Below are positions 45,739-53,942 of a DNA stretch of 64,000 nt, piece after piece. The stretch comes from a virus (taxonomy: Duplodnaviria > Caudoviricetes): IMG/VR virus record IMGVR_UViG_3300025909_000005; one strand, 5' to 3'. A model generated the notes under the pieces. It saw only the letters and a list, made by a program, of their open reading frames with translations. It searched no databases and had not been told where the DNA came from. How positions within the stretch are numbered: the first letter of the stretch is position 1; each line of letters opens with the position of its first letter. Made by a program: the position numbers and the translations under genes.

Positions 45739-46359
45739 ATGAAGTCCATCCTCCTCGTTGAAGACCTGACCCCAGTTCAGACCGCTCTTCGCGAACAACG
45801 TACCGCCTCTGGCGAGCTCTTCCTGAACGGCATCATGATGCAGTCTGAGCTCAAGAACGGCAACGGCCGTGTCTACCCATTGGCTGAGATCTCCCGTGCG
45901 GTGGACGAAGCTGCAAAGCGAATCGCCGAAGGCAACCCGATCATGGGCGAGCTGAACCACCCTGACGTTCTCTCGATCAACCTGGACCGCGTCTCGCACA
46001 TCATCACCGAGGTCCGCATGGACGGCAACAACGCCATCGGCAAGATGAAGCTCCTGAACACCCCAACTGGCCAGATCGCCCGCGGTCTGATCGAAGGTGG
46101 TGCACGTCTAGGTGTCTCTTCCCGTGGTACCGGCAACGTGAACGAATCTGGCGCGGTCTCTGACTTTGCCTTCGTAACTGTCGACATCGTTTCCCAGCCA
46201 TCGGCACCTGACGCCTACCCGAACGTGGTTCGTGAGGCCATGGAGAACAAGAAGATCCTGAGCCTGGCAGAAGCCGTCGTTCACGATCCGAAGGCACAGG
46301 CCTACTTCAAGAAGGAAATGTCCCTGTTCCTCGAGGCCATCACCAAGGGTAAGAAGTGA
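45739..46359 (+). CDS. gp21: Prohead protease, T4 gp21-like (206 aa)
   Basis: GIMMQSELKNGNGRVYP, GELNHP...INLDRVSHII, LGVSSRGTG and TVDIVSQPSAPDAY. Confidence 0.95.
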   Translation: MKSILLVEDLTPVQTALREQRTASGELFLNGIMMQSELKNGNGRVYPLAEISRAVDEAAKRIAEGNPIMGELNHPDVLSINLDRVSHIITEVRMDGNNAIGKMKLLNTPTGQIARGLIEGGARLGVSSRGTGNVNESGAVSDFAFVTVDIVSQPSAPDAYPNVVREAMENKKILSLAEAVVHDPKAQAYFKKEMSLFLEAITKGKK

Positions 46360-46562
46360 ACCTCCAAGAAGCACGCAAGTTGGCTGGTCTCCAGGAAGCC
46401 AAGAACATGAAGAACCCAAAGGTCGATGCAATGGTCGAGAAGCTCATGGGTTCCTGGAAGAAGATGTCCGAGCCAGAGTGCCAGACAGAGGTTGCCAAGC
46501 AGCTTCGTGCGGCCTACTCTGAAGGCTACAAGGACGGCTACAACGATTCCCCGAAGAAATGA
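46356..46562 (+). CDS. Small prohead core/internal protein with tandem LQE-A sites (68 aa)
   Basis: MNLQE-ARKLAGLQE-AK. Lies in the head operon. Confidence 0.6.
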   Translation: MNLQEARKLAGLQEAKNMKNPKVDAMVEKLMGSWKKMSEPECQTEVAKQLRAAYSEGYKDGYNDSPKK

Positions 46563-46888
46563 AGCTGCGTGAGCTGCACGAGAGCGCCCTCTCCAACATG
46601 AAGGCAGCTCACGCCGATCTCGTCGAGGCCGCGGAGAAGATCAAGAAGTGGATGCTTCAGTCCATGGAGAAGAAGGACTGGGATCTTGAGGGCATCAAGG
46701 ACAAGGAAGTCCATGTCTACCATGATGTCGATTACGGTTTCCTTATAGGACACGTCACTTGGCGCGGTAAGGACGATCCTGAACACATTGAACATTCCTA
46801 CACGGCAGTTTTCAACCTTGACGGCACCCTCTCAGCTGACACCAGCCACGGCTATGATCCGCCTCACGGGCTTGAAAAAGTCATATGA
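46559..46888 (+). CDS. Putative internal head protein, leader MKLRELHE (109 aa)
   Basis: Leader motif; lies in the head operon. Confidence 0.6.
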   Translation: MKLRELHESALSNMKAAHADLVEAAEKIKKWMLQSMEKKDWDLEGIKDKEVHVYHDVDYGFLIGHVTWRGKDDPEHIEHSYTAVFNLDGTLSADTSHGYDPPHGLEKVI

Positions 46889-47691
46889 AATTTACCGATC
46901 TCCTTGAAGCTTCCGAACCGAAGCAGAAAGTTGGCACTTCTAACTTTGCCAAGATGTCACGTGAGCAGAAGAAGGAGTACAAGGCCATCTATTCCATGCC
47001 TGACGACACCAAGGAAGACGAGGAGGCTCACTACGCCGCGCTGGCTGCCTACGAGGAAAAGTGGCAGATCGGCAAACACGCTAAGCCGACACCTCCCAAG
47101 TTCAAGATCGGTGACTTTGTTGAAGCCAAGGGGGAGCTCGGTGTCATCACGGGCATTGACCACCAGCCGCCAGACGAGCACAACGACTACGAGCAACCTG
47201 AGATTGGCTATGACATCAAGTCGTTCGATGGTGACATTTACGCCGATGAGTCTGCCGTAAAGAAGGCAGCACGTCCAAAGCTTGATGTACATCGCTTCAA
47301 CGGCACTTCACGTGGTGCACTGGACATTCTTCAGCGCGCCATCACTAGTGGTCTATCCTACCATCTTGGCGGAACCCCAAAGAAGAAAAGCAAAGGCACT
47401 TCTGCTCTGTCACGAATGCTTGACGACTACCACCACCTGCTAGGCAACTGGACTTTCCAGGTTGACAGGGATCCCGAACATAGCCATGCCTGGCTTATCA
47501 CTGTCGCAAACACCAAAACAAAGAAGTATTTCGTTGGAATCTTCTACACGAAGGACCACCCAGACTTTGATGAAGACGAGTTTGTGGACGGCTTTGGCTC
47601 CAGTGAGAAGCAAATTTTTAAGGCGCTCGAGCATGCAGGCAGCCGTGACATTGCCCGTGAGCTCTGGGAGTGCGGCTACACTCCGGAATGA
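46885..47691 (+). CDS. Putative internal head protein with SH3/KOW-like module, leader MKFTDLLE (268 aa)
   Basis: Leader motif. KFKIGDFVEAKGELGVITGI segment. Confidence 0.6.
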   Translation: MKFTDLLEASEPKQKVGTSNFAKMSREQKKEYKAIYSMPDDTKEDEEAHYAALAAYEEKWQIGKHAKPTPPKFKIGDFVEAKGELGVITGIDHQPPDEHNDYEQPEIGYDIKSFDGDIYADESAVKKAARPKLDVHRFNGTSRGALDILQRAITSGLSYHLGGTPKKKSKGTSALSRMLDDYHHLLGNWTFQVDRDPEHSHAWLITVANTKTKKYFVGIFYTKDHPDFDEDEFVDGFGSSEKQIFKALEHAGSRDIARELWECGYTPE

Positions 47692-47705
47692 GCCCGCGCA
47701 ATCGA

Positions 47706-47711
47706 TAAATA
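47706..47711 (+). promoter_or_regulatory. Late promoter core TAAATA
   Basis: Upstream of the 47742 core gene. Confidence 0.75.
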
Positions 47712-47741
47712 GTTGCATCCCAACCTAACAAAGGATACACC

Positions 47742-47942
47742 ATGGCAGATCATGCTGAAAACCTGAAGTCGATGCTTCAAGACCTGATCAACGATCGTCA
47801 CGAACAAGCCATCGTCACGGTCCATGACTACGTCGTTGCAAAGACCCGCGAGATCACTGGCCTTGGCCAACCTGCGGTTCAAGTTGAGGATGACGACGTC
47901 GACCTCTCGGCTCTGGAAACTGACGGCTCGGACGACGAGTAA
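47742..47942 (+). CDS. Small acidic prohead core protein (gp67-like role) (66 aa)
   Basis: Short helical acidic ORF with its own late promoter, immediately before the scaffold. Confidence 0.55.
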   Translation: MADHAENLKSMLQDLINDRHEQAIVTVHDYVVAKTREITGLGQPAVQVEDDDVDLSALETDGSDDE

Positions 47943-47956
47943 CTCCCCCGCTATAG

Positions 47957-47996
47957 AAAATAGGCGAAAACGCACCGTTTTTACGCCTATTTTTTT
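47957..47996 (+). terminator. Long terminator-like hairpin with U-tract before the scaffold gene
   Basis: AAAATAGGCG-AAAACG / CGTTTT-TA-CGCCTATTTT arms with a 3-nt loop, followed by Ts. Confidence 0.65.
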
Positions 47997-48101
47997 GCAC
48001 GGTCCTATATAGAAAATGCAAACAATTTCAGGTTGTGAAACCTGTGTTGTCCAAGACGCGGCAGTGAAAGCTGTCCAACATCAACCACAGGAGAAAAGCA
48101 C

Positions 48102-49007
48102 ATGGACGAAATTCTGAACAAACTGCTTCAGTCCGAGCTTCTCAGCGAAGAAACAAAGGCTGAAATCTCCGAGCAATGGACCGCATCGGTCGAAGCCTTC
48201 AAGACCCAGGTCCGTGAAGAAGTTTCGGGTGAAGTGCGTGCAGAGCTCGCCAGCCAGTGGATTACCGAACGCGACGAGCTCATCAGCAAGGTTGATGAAT
48301 TCGTGGCCGAGGCGCTGACCAACGAAATCGAAGAACTCAAGGGTGACATCGAACGCTTCCGCGATCTGGAAGCCGAGTACGCTCTCAAGCTCGTCGAAGA
48401 AAAGCACAAGATGGCCGGCGAAGTCGCCCAGGAGCTTGACGCTCTTGTCGACAAGATCGACCAGTTCTTTGAGATGCGTCTCGCAGCCGAGATGGAAGAG
48501 CTCAAGGAAGACATCGAAGTAGTCAAGCAGAATGACTTCGGTCGCAAGATCTTTGAAGCATACGCTCAGACCTACGCAACCAACTATGTTGACGACGACT
48601 CGGTTCAGTCCAAGCTCGTTGTTGCTGAATCGAAGCTTGAAGAAGCCGAAGCTCAGCTTGCAGCTCTCGAAGAAGAGCGCAACAAGATGATTCGCGAAGC
48701 GAAGATGGAACAAGTTCTGTCGCCGCTGACTGGCAAGAAGCGCGAACAAATGGCCATGGTCCTCAAGAATGTGGACACTGGTCGTCTGGAAGAATCCTAC
48801 AAGTTCTTCATCAGCCGCATCCTCAAGGAAGACGACTCGTCGGCACCAGCCGCCAAGCCGCTGACCGAGGCTGCTAAGCCGGTTCAAACCACCGTTGCAA
48901 CGGGCGATAAGCCAGTTGCTCCAGCGCCTACTGACAGCGCTCCAACCGCTCTTCAAGAGCACCTGGCTCGCGTCCGCAGCCTCGCAGGTCTCACCAAGAC
49001 TGCCTAA
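48102..49007 (+). CDS. gp22: Prohead scaffolding protein, T4 gp22-like (301 aa)
   Basis: Glu-rich coiled coil, FGRKIFEAY motif, strong SD GGAG, directly before the MCP. Confidence 0.88.
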   Translation: MDEILNKLLQSELLSEETKAEISEQWTASVEAFKTQVREEVSGEVRAELASQWITERDELISKVDEFVAEALTNEIEELKGDIERFRDLEAEYALKLVEEKHKMAGEVAQELDALVDKIDQFFEMRLAAEMEELKEDIEVVKQNDFGRKIFEAYAQTYATNYVDDDSVQSKLVVAESKLEEAEAQLAALEEERNKMIREAKMEQVLSPLTGKKREQMAMVLKNVDTGRLEESYKFFISRILKEDDSSAPAAKPLTEAAKPVQTTVATGDKPVAPAPTDSAPTALQEHLARVRSLAGLTKTA

Positions 49008-49024
49008 CAAGGAGAAGTTCCAAA

Positions 49025-50293
49025 ATGACACTTATCGAAAACTGGTCTGAGACCAAAGAGGCCCTGCTCGAAGGACTCTCCGGCTCGAAGCGCACCATCG
49101 TCGCGACTCTGATGGAAAATCAGAAGAAGATCTTCGAAACGGCACCGGCTAACGCTGTCGTTTCTGCGGACGTAGCAACGTTCCAGAAGATCATGATTCC
49201 GATGATCCGCCGTATCATCCCTGGCACGATCGGCGGCGAGCTCGTCGGCGTTCAGCCAATGACCGGCCCAACGGGTCTGATCTACACGCTGCGTTTCGCA
49301 TTCGCAGAACCAGTTGATGCCCCAGGCACGCTGCACGACATCACGCCAGGTGACGAAGCTTTCGTCTACAACGGCAAGATGAAGCGCTTCTACTCGGCTG
49401 CCAATGTCGGCACCGCTGGCTACCCACCAAGCCTCACGGCCAACACGTCTGACGGTTTCGCCGCCAAGACTGAGGACTACGAAGGTTACGGCGGTCGTCA
49501 GATGCGCCTCTCCGTTCTGAAGCAAGCTGTCAACGTTGGCACCCGCAAGCTGCAAGCTCGCTGGACCATGGAAGCTGCGCAGGACATGAACGCACAGCAC
49601 GGCATCGACATCGAAAGCGAACTGACTGCAGCTCTCGCCGCTGAAATCGCCCACGAAATCGACAACGAAATCCTGACCGACCTGCTCGCTCTGGCTTCGA
49701 CGACGGCTACGTACGACTTCGCAAACCCAGCTCCAGGCTTCTCGCCGAACTACATCGGCGACCGTTACGCTGAACTCGGTATCCTGATCAACCAGATGGC
49801 CAACGAAATTGGTGCACGCACCAAGCGCGGTCCTGGTAACTGGATCGTCGGCGGTCACCTGATCACCTCCATCCTCCAATCCGGTTCGCGCTCGGTCTTC
49901 GCACCAGCAATCTCCGGTACGTTCGATGCTCCAACCGGCAACCGCCTGGTTGGTACCCTCAACGGTGGTATCAAGGTCTACACCTACAACTGGGGTCTGA
50001 ACGACAACTACGACTGGATGTCCGGTGGCGTGAACACTGCATCCGGCTCGACCGGTGAAGACGTTCTGATCGGTTACAAGGGCGGCAACTCGGAGCTCGA
50101 CTCCGGTTACTTCTACTGCCCATACGTGCCGCTCATGAGCACCGGCCAGGTCATGGACGCCAACACGTTCATGCCAGCAGTTTCGCTCTCGACTCGTTAC
50201 GGCAAGGCAACGTTCACGAACGCTGCAACGTCGTTCGGTAACTCCGCTGATTACTACGCTCGCGTACTGGTCCGCAACGTCGCTTTCTCGTAA
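49025..50293 (+). CDS. gp23: Major capsid protein, T4 gp23-like (422 aa)
   Basis: IPMIRRIIP...GVQPMTGPTGLIYTLR, TRKLQARWTMEAAQDMNAQHGIDIESEL, EIDNEIL and FYCPYVPL...TRYG. Confidence 0.97.
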   Translation: MTLIENWSETKEALLEGLSGSKRTIVATLMENQKKIFETAPANAVVSADVATFQKIMIPMIRRIIPGTIGGELVGVQPMTGPTGLIYTLRFAFAEPVDAPGTLHDITPGDEAFVYNGKMKRFYSAANVGTAGYPPSLTANTSDGFAAKTEDYEGYGGRQMRLSVLKQAVNVGTRKLQARWTMEAAQDMNAQHGIDIESELTAALAAEIAHEIDNEILTDLLALASTTATYDFANPAPGFSPNYIGDRYAELGILINQMANEIGARTKRGPGNWIVGGHLITSILQSGSRSVFAPAISGTFDAPTGNRLVGTLNGGIKVYTYNWGLNDNYDWMSGGVNTASGSTGEDVLIGYKGGNSELDSGYFYCPYVPLMSTGQVMDANTFMPAVSLSTRYGKATFTNAATSFGNSADYYARVLVRNVAFS

Positions 50294-50339
50294 AGCCTCG
50301 CACACAGATAAGAGCCCTCCTTCAGAGGGCCACCCTTCC

Positions 50340-50366
50340 AAAAGGACCTTCGGGTCCTTTTGTTTT
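50340..50366 (+). terminator. Rho-independent terminator after the MCP
   Basis: AAAAGGACC-TTCG-GGTCCTTTT-GTTTT. A second hairpin GCCCTC/GAGGGC lies at 50314-50330. Confidence 0.9.
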
Positions 50367-50376
50367 GCCCGGGCCT

Positions 50377-50405
50377 GTGTACATCTTGGTGGCCCTTGAT
50401 ATAAT
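50377..50405 (+). promoter_or_regulatory. Early promoter GTGTAC-N17-TATAAT
   Basis: One of four near-identical sigma70-like promoters. Confidence 0.8.
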
Positions 50406-50428
50406 GGTCTCAACAACTGGAGAACATC

Positions 50429-50707
50429 ATGAGCCGCGGCAAGTACTCCCCCTCCCTCCCGAAGCACACCGACTTCTCGTTCAACTGCTACGGCCAGCCG
50501 GCTGTCGAGTGGAACAAGGACTCCACCGGCGAGTACGACGAGAAGACGATGTTCGGCAACTACGATCACGAAGGCTTCGACAGCTACGGCTACTCCTGCT
50601 TCGACGCTGAAGGCAACTACGTCGGTATCGGCGATGGAGTCGACCGCCTCGGCTACACCGAGATGGACTACCTCTGCATGTCGGACGAAGACTTCCTCTC
50701 CATCTGA
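50429..50707 (+). CDS. Highly acidic early protein with GFD/GYS-type repeats (92 aa)
   Basis: First gene after the GTGTAC/TATAAT promoter; SD GGAG. Confidence 0.75.
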   Translation: MSRGKYSPSLPKHTDFSFNCYGQPAVEWNKDSTGEYDEKTMFGNYDHEGFDSYGYSCFDAEGNYVGIGDGVDRLGYTEMDYLCMSDEDFLSI

Positions 50708-50737
50708 GTGTACATTCCGCCGCAAACTTGCTATAAT
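50708..50737 (+). promoter_or_regulatory. Early promoter GTGTAC-N18-TATAAT (extended TG)
   Basis: Intergenic; same motif. Confidence 0.8.
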
Positions 50738-50743
50738 CGTCCT

Positions 50744-51115
50744 ATGTCATCCTACACCACTCTCCCCCTCACGAACTCGCTGGCTGTCCTGAAGGTGCTT
50801 CAGGACAAGAAGCTCTCGCTGACGGACTGCTACAAGCAGGTTCCTCGCCTGATGTTCGTGAAGTACGAAACGTACGTGACGCTTCACGACGTCAACGGCA
50901 TCGTCGGTGAAGCCGGCGGTCAGATCTTCGAAGGCGGCACAGGCGACGACTGGGCTCAGGTCGGCCTCGACGAGGAACACTGGTTCTTCGGCGAAGCAGA
51001 CCTCGACAAGCCCGGAATGTTCCGTGACAACAGCGGCGGCCAGTACCTCACGCGCGACAACATGATTCGCATCGTGAAGGGCCACATCGACACCATCAAG
51101 AAGGCCAAGAAGTGA
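50744..51115 (+). CDS. Hypothetical early protein (123 aa)
   Basis: ATG 6 nt after TATAAT; phage codon bias. Confidence 0.7.
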   Translation: MSSYTTLPLTNSLAVLKVLQDKKLSLTDCYKQVPRLMFVKYETYVTLHDVNGIVGEAGGQIFEGGTGDDWAQVGLDEEHWFFGEADLDKPGMFRDNSGGQYLTRDNMIRIVKGHIDTIKKAKK

Positions 51116-51402
51116 GCGCGTTCAATCACGCCTTCAAGCAGACGCTGCTTGACCAACTCACCGCGTATCAGGAGCTGCTCGACGAGCTGATCGGCCGGTT
51201 GCCGCGCTCGTCGGAAGAGAGCGTCTACCTTATGCGAATCACGTTCATCATGCCGAACGGCTTGTTCGAAGAAGCCACTGTGGAAGCGGTTCCGCGCATC
51301 GGCGAAGATGTCTACCTGAAGGATGATAACTTCACCGTAGTGCACGTCCGGCACTTCATCAACTCGTCGGCCGGAATCCGCGTGTTCCTGGGTCCTGCAT
51401 GA
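51112..51402 (+). CDS. Hypothetical protein (96 aa)
   Basis: GTGA overlap; codon bias. Confidence 0.65.
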   Translation: MSAFNHAFKQTLLDQLTAYQELLDELIGRLPRSSEESVYLMRITFIMPNGLFEEATVEAVPRIGEDVYLKDDNFTVVHVRHFINSSAGIRVFLGPA

Positions 51403-51647
51403 CCAATCCGATCTGGATCGTCGTCGAAGGTGGCGACCTCTTCGAGGGGCACCAAGGCCACTGGGCCGACTGCTTCTTCTCCAACGCAACGAAGGAGCAG
51501 ATCGTCTACGCCTGCTCTGAAGAAGGTGGGCTGTTCGGTGAAGATGCCGGCCTGCTCATCCGTGAGATGACTGATGAAGAAGTCGCACAGTACCCCGAGG
51601 CTGTCGAGTTCCGTGACCAACTGATTCGGGAGTATGGAGAAGCATGA
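51399..51647 (+). CDS. Acidic hypothetical protein (82 aa)
   Basis: ATGA overlaps on both sides. Confidence 0.7.
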   Translation: MTNPIWIVVEGGDLFEGHQGHWADCFFSNATKEQIVYACSEEGGLFGEDAGLLIREMTDEEVAQYPEAVEFRDQLIREYGEA

Positions 51648-51922
51648 CACCGGAAGAGAACCTGACCCTCTCGAAGGGCATCGAAAAGGCGATCAAGCTC
51701 GCCATCACCGACTGCCCGCGCAAGAGCGTGCCGGCTGAAGTCGTGGCCTGCGTCAGCGGCACGATGACCACGCTGATGTGCGTCGGCGTCGTGAAGAGCT
51801 CGATGATCGAGGTCGGCCCTGGTGGCCTCGACAAGCACCGCATGAGCGGCTACTCCATCGTCGTGCGCTACTCGATCGAGAAGATCGAGTACAAGCACGT
51901 CGAACCTGTCTTCGACCTCTAA
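51644..51922 (+). CDS. Hypothetical protein (92 aa)
   Basis: ATGA overlap; codon bias. Confidence 0.7.
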   Translation: MTPEENLTLSKGIEKAIKLAITDCPRKSVPAEVVACVSGTMTTLMCVGVVKSSMIEVGPGGLDKHRMSGYSIVVRYSIEKIEYKHVEPVFDL

Positions 51923-51931
51923 GGAGCACGC

Positions 51932-52363
51932 ATGTCTTTCCTGAAAGCCGGCACGTATTACCTCGGCGATCCGTGTTACGCCATCGCCAACAAGCAGTGG
52001 GACACGTTCACCGACAAGACCATCGGTGAACGCAAGATGGGCGTGACCTTCGAGATCACGATAAAGGGCAAGACTGGTCAGTGCTGGGCAGACTACACCG
52101 CCTATGGAGATGGCGGCTACGATGGGTCTGATGGCGTCGTCTATGGCGTCGACTCCGGTTCGATCGGCCTGGTGCCCGTCGAGCTCATGGAGAATCCTGA
52201 GGACTTCGAAGACGGCAGCAAGGTCGAAGCTCCCTACGGCCTTACCGCGTGGTCGATCGACGGCTGCTTCTGCATCGACATTCTCGGTGAGAACGGGATC
52301 GCAGCGTCCCGCATCGAGATCGAGACGGGCGATGGACAGAACTTCGAGGACAGCGAATGGTGA
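51932..52363 (+). CDS. Acidic conserved-looking phage protein (YLGDPCY / GDGGY / VDSGSIG motifs) (143 aa)
   Basis: SD AAGGAG; distinctive Gly/Asp motifs. Confidence 0.75.
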   Translation: MSFLKAGTYYLGDPCYAIANKQWDTFTDKTIGERKMGVTFEITIKGKTGQCWADYTAYGDGGYDGSDGVVYGVDSGSIGLVPVELMENPEDFEDGSKVEAPYGLTAWSIDGCFCIDILGENGIAASRIEIETGDGQNFEDSEW

Positions 52364-52629
52364 ACGTGCGTGCGCTGAAGAGGCGCAGCTACTCCACCCT
52401 GACCCATCGAAACCGTGCGCGGCTGGCTGAGCGCATGAGAAGCGCCCGTCCTGCGCCGTACTTCGCGGTGCCACCCTACAAGGCCGAGCTGTTCTCACCA
52501 AGGACTGGATGGTCAGGCGTGATGAACGCCAACAAGATCAACTGTCTGACCTTTGCAGATCGGCCAGGCCACGTGATCACCGACATCAACACGGCAAGGG
52601 CTCTTGCTGAGAAGTGGAACCGAGCATGA
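52357..52629 (+). CDS. Basic hypothetical protein (90 aa)
   Basis: Overlaps both neighbours. Confidence 0.6.
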   Translation: MVNVRALKRRSYSTLTHRNRARLAERMRSARPAPYFAVPPYKAELFSPRTGWSGVMNANKINCLTFADRPGHVITDINTARALAEKWNRA

Positions 52630-52850
52630 AGATCATGGACAGAGAGTACAGCTGGGAAGAGCTGGCTGACCTCGAGCGGGATGTCTCGGAGGCCATCTCC
52701 GATGCGCCGATTCCTGGTGAGTACGAGGGAACCATTCGCGTTGCGATTGTCTACATCCCTCCATATCCTGAAGGAGATGTACCCGGGCCCTGTATCTGTG
52801 GAAGCTGGCCAGGCGGCAAATGCCTGCGCTGTGAGGTGCAAGCGCCATAA
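52626..52850 (+). CDS. Hypothetical protein with C-terminal CxC...CxxC (74 aa)
   Basis: ATG 52626 overlaps the upstream TGA. Confidence 0.6.
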   Translation: MKIMDREYSWEELADLERDVSEAISDAPIPGEYEGTIRVAIVYIPPYPEGDVPGPCICGSWPGGKCLRCEVQAP

Positions 52851-52853
52851 ATA
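52848..52853 (+). promoter_or_regulatory. Late promoter core TAAATA
   Basis: Upstream of the 52876 gene; overlaps a TAA stop. Confidence 0.75.
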
Positions 52854-52875
52854 GATTCTCAATCTAGGAGGATCT

Positions 52876-53484
52876 GTGGAAAAACTATTCGAACGCCGCT
52901 TCACGAAGAAGAAAATCTCAGACGGCCACTGGGTCGTTGCTGATCCAGAAGGTGGTGAACTGCGTGGCTTCGGTGTCTTCACTGATGAAGACAAGATCGA
53001 TGACAAGCTCGACCAACTGAACGGCACGAGCAAGTCTCGCAAGAACGGTGGTCAAGGCGCGCAAGCAGGTATCGGCCTCGGCACAGGTGCTGGTCGCAGC
53101 GAGCGGGGAGATCGTCGAATGGCGACAACCGAGAGCGAACAGCAGACCTTCCCAATGCTGAAGGAACTGGGGCTTTTTGAGGACGTTGCTCCTGCAAAGG
53201 AGCAGATTTGGCAGTCAGAAATGCCGTTCGCTTTTGACGACAGCCGTTCTTCAAGCAGTCCGGCAGCTGAAGCTGCCAAGTTCGCAAAGCGCTTCAAGGT
53301 TCATCACAAGATGACGGTCGCAAATGGCCCTTCAGGTGGCTGGCCAGAGTTCCTTTTCTGGGGCCCACGCTCGAACATGGAAAAGCTGCTCAAGGTTTAC
53401 AACAAGGGCGCTGGTCTTTCCAAGGAAGAAGAACACCAAGGATTGGTGAAATCGAAGCGCAAGTACGACCCGAGCGCGTTCTAA
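52876..53484 (+). CDS. Late-expressed putative internal head polyprotein inside the early region (202 aa, GTG start)
   Basis: Own TAAATA, SD AGGAGG and terminator. Leader MEKLFE and internal LGLFE-D. GPSGGWPEFLFWG is shared with the 17394 ORF. Confidence 0.65.
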   Translation: MEKLFERRFTKKKISDGHWVVADPEGGELRGFGVFTDEDKIDDKLDQLNGTSKSRKNGGQGAQAGIGLGTGAGRSERGDRRMATTESEQQTFPMLKELGLFEDVAPAKEQIWQSEMPFAFDDSRSSSSPAAEAAKFAKRFKVHHKMTVANGPSGGWPEFLFWGPRSNMEKLLKVYNKGAGLSKEEEHQGLVKSKRKYDPSAF

Positions 53485-53489
53485 ACTCT

Positions 53490-53517
53490 ATGGGTCCTGA
53501 AAGCAGGACCCATTTTT
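53490..53517 (+). terminator. Rho-independent terminator after the 52876 gene
   Basis: ATGGGTCCTG-AAAG-CAGGACCCAT-TTTT. Confidence 0.88.
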
Positions 53518-53529
53518 CTGCCTCCAGTT

Positions 53530-53535
53530 TACAAT
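53530..53535 (+). promoter_or_regulatory. Possible -10 element TACAAT
   Basis: Right after a terminator and before the 53562 operon. Confidence 0.45.
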
Positions 53536-53561
53536 GATCGTATGTGTAACTAGGAGGCGTT

Positions 53562-53942
53562 GTGGCATTTGAACCCGACAACCAAGAAGAGCCGAAGCCG
53601 TACCACCACTCTCGGCCAATTCTGCGCCCAGATGGGACGGTAGACGAGGGCCAACTGACTCGTCGAAATCTCGCTCACCTCGAGAAGATTCGCTTGGAGC
53701 GGCAGAAGTATCTTGGCTGCGCTGAGATCATTCGAGAAGCCAAGGTCATCTACCTCCTCGCAGAGACCATCCGTCGTGCGGCGAACCGAGATGCGTTCGC
53801 CTACGACGACTACCCAGGCGTCTATCACGCGCAGTGGCGCCTCATGAACTACCTCGCAACAGGTGAACTTCGCTTTCCGACAAATGAAGAGGTGGAGCGC
53901 CAGCGCGAGCTCGACCTAACCCCAGGAGATTCAACCGTATGA
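53562..53942 (+). CDS. Hypothetical protein (126 aa, GTG start)
   Basis: SD AGGAGG. Confidence 0.7.
   Translation: MAFEPDNQEEPKPYHHSRPILRPDGTVDEGQLTRRNLAHLEKIRLERQKYLGCAEIIREAKVIYLLAETIRRAANRDAFAYDDYPGVYHAQWRLMNYLATGELRFPTNEEVERQRELDLTPGDSTV

Noticed and set aside
47943-48101. tRNA or known ncRNA in the intergenic gaps
   Set aside because: No cloverleaf, T-loop GTTCGA or CCA arrangement is recognisable in this or other gaps.
48081-50725. Long antisense ORFs (316 aa and 573 aa) opposite scaffold and capsid, and similar ones opposite other genes
   Set aside because: They are mirror frames produced by the strong C/G third-position bias. They lack SD, promoter or motifs and fully overlap clearly real genes.
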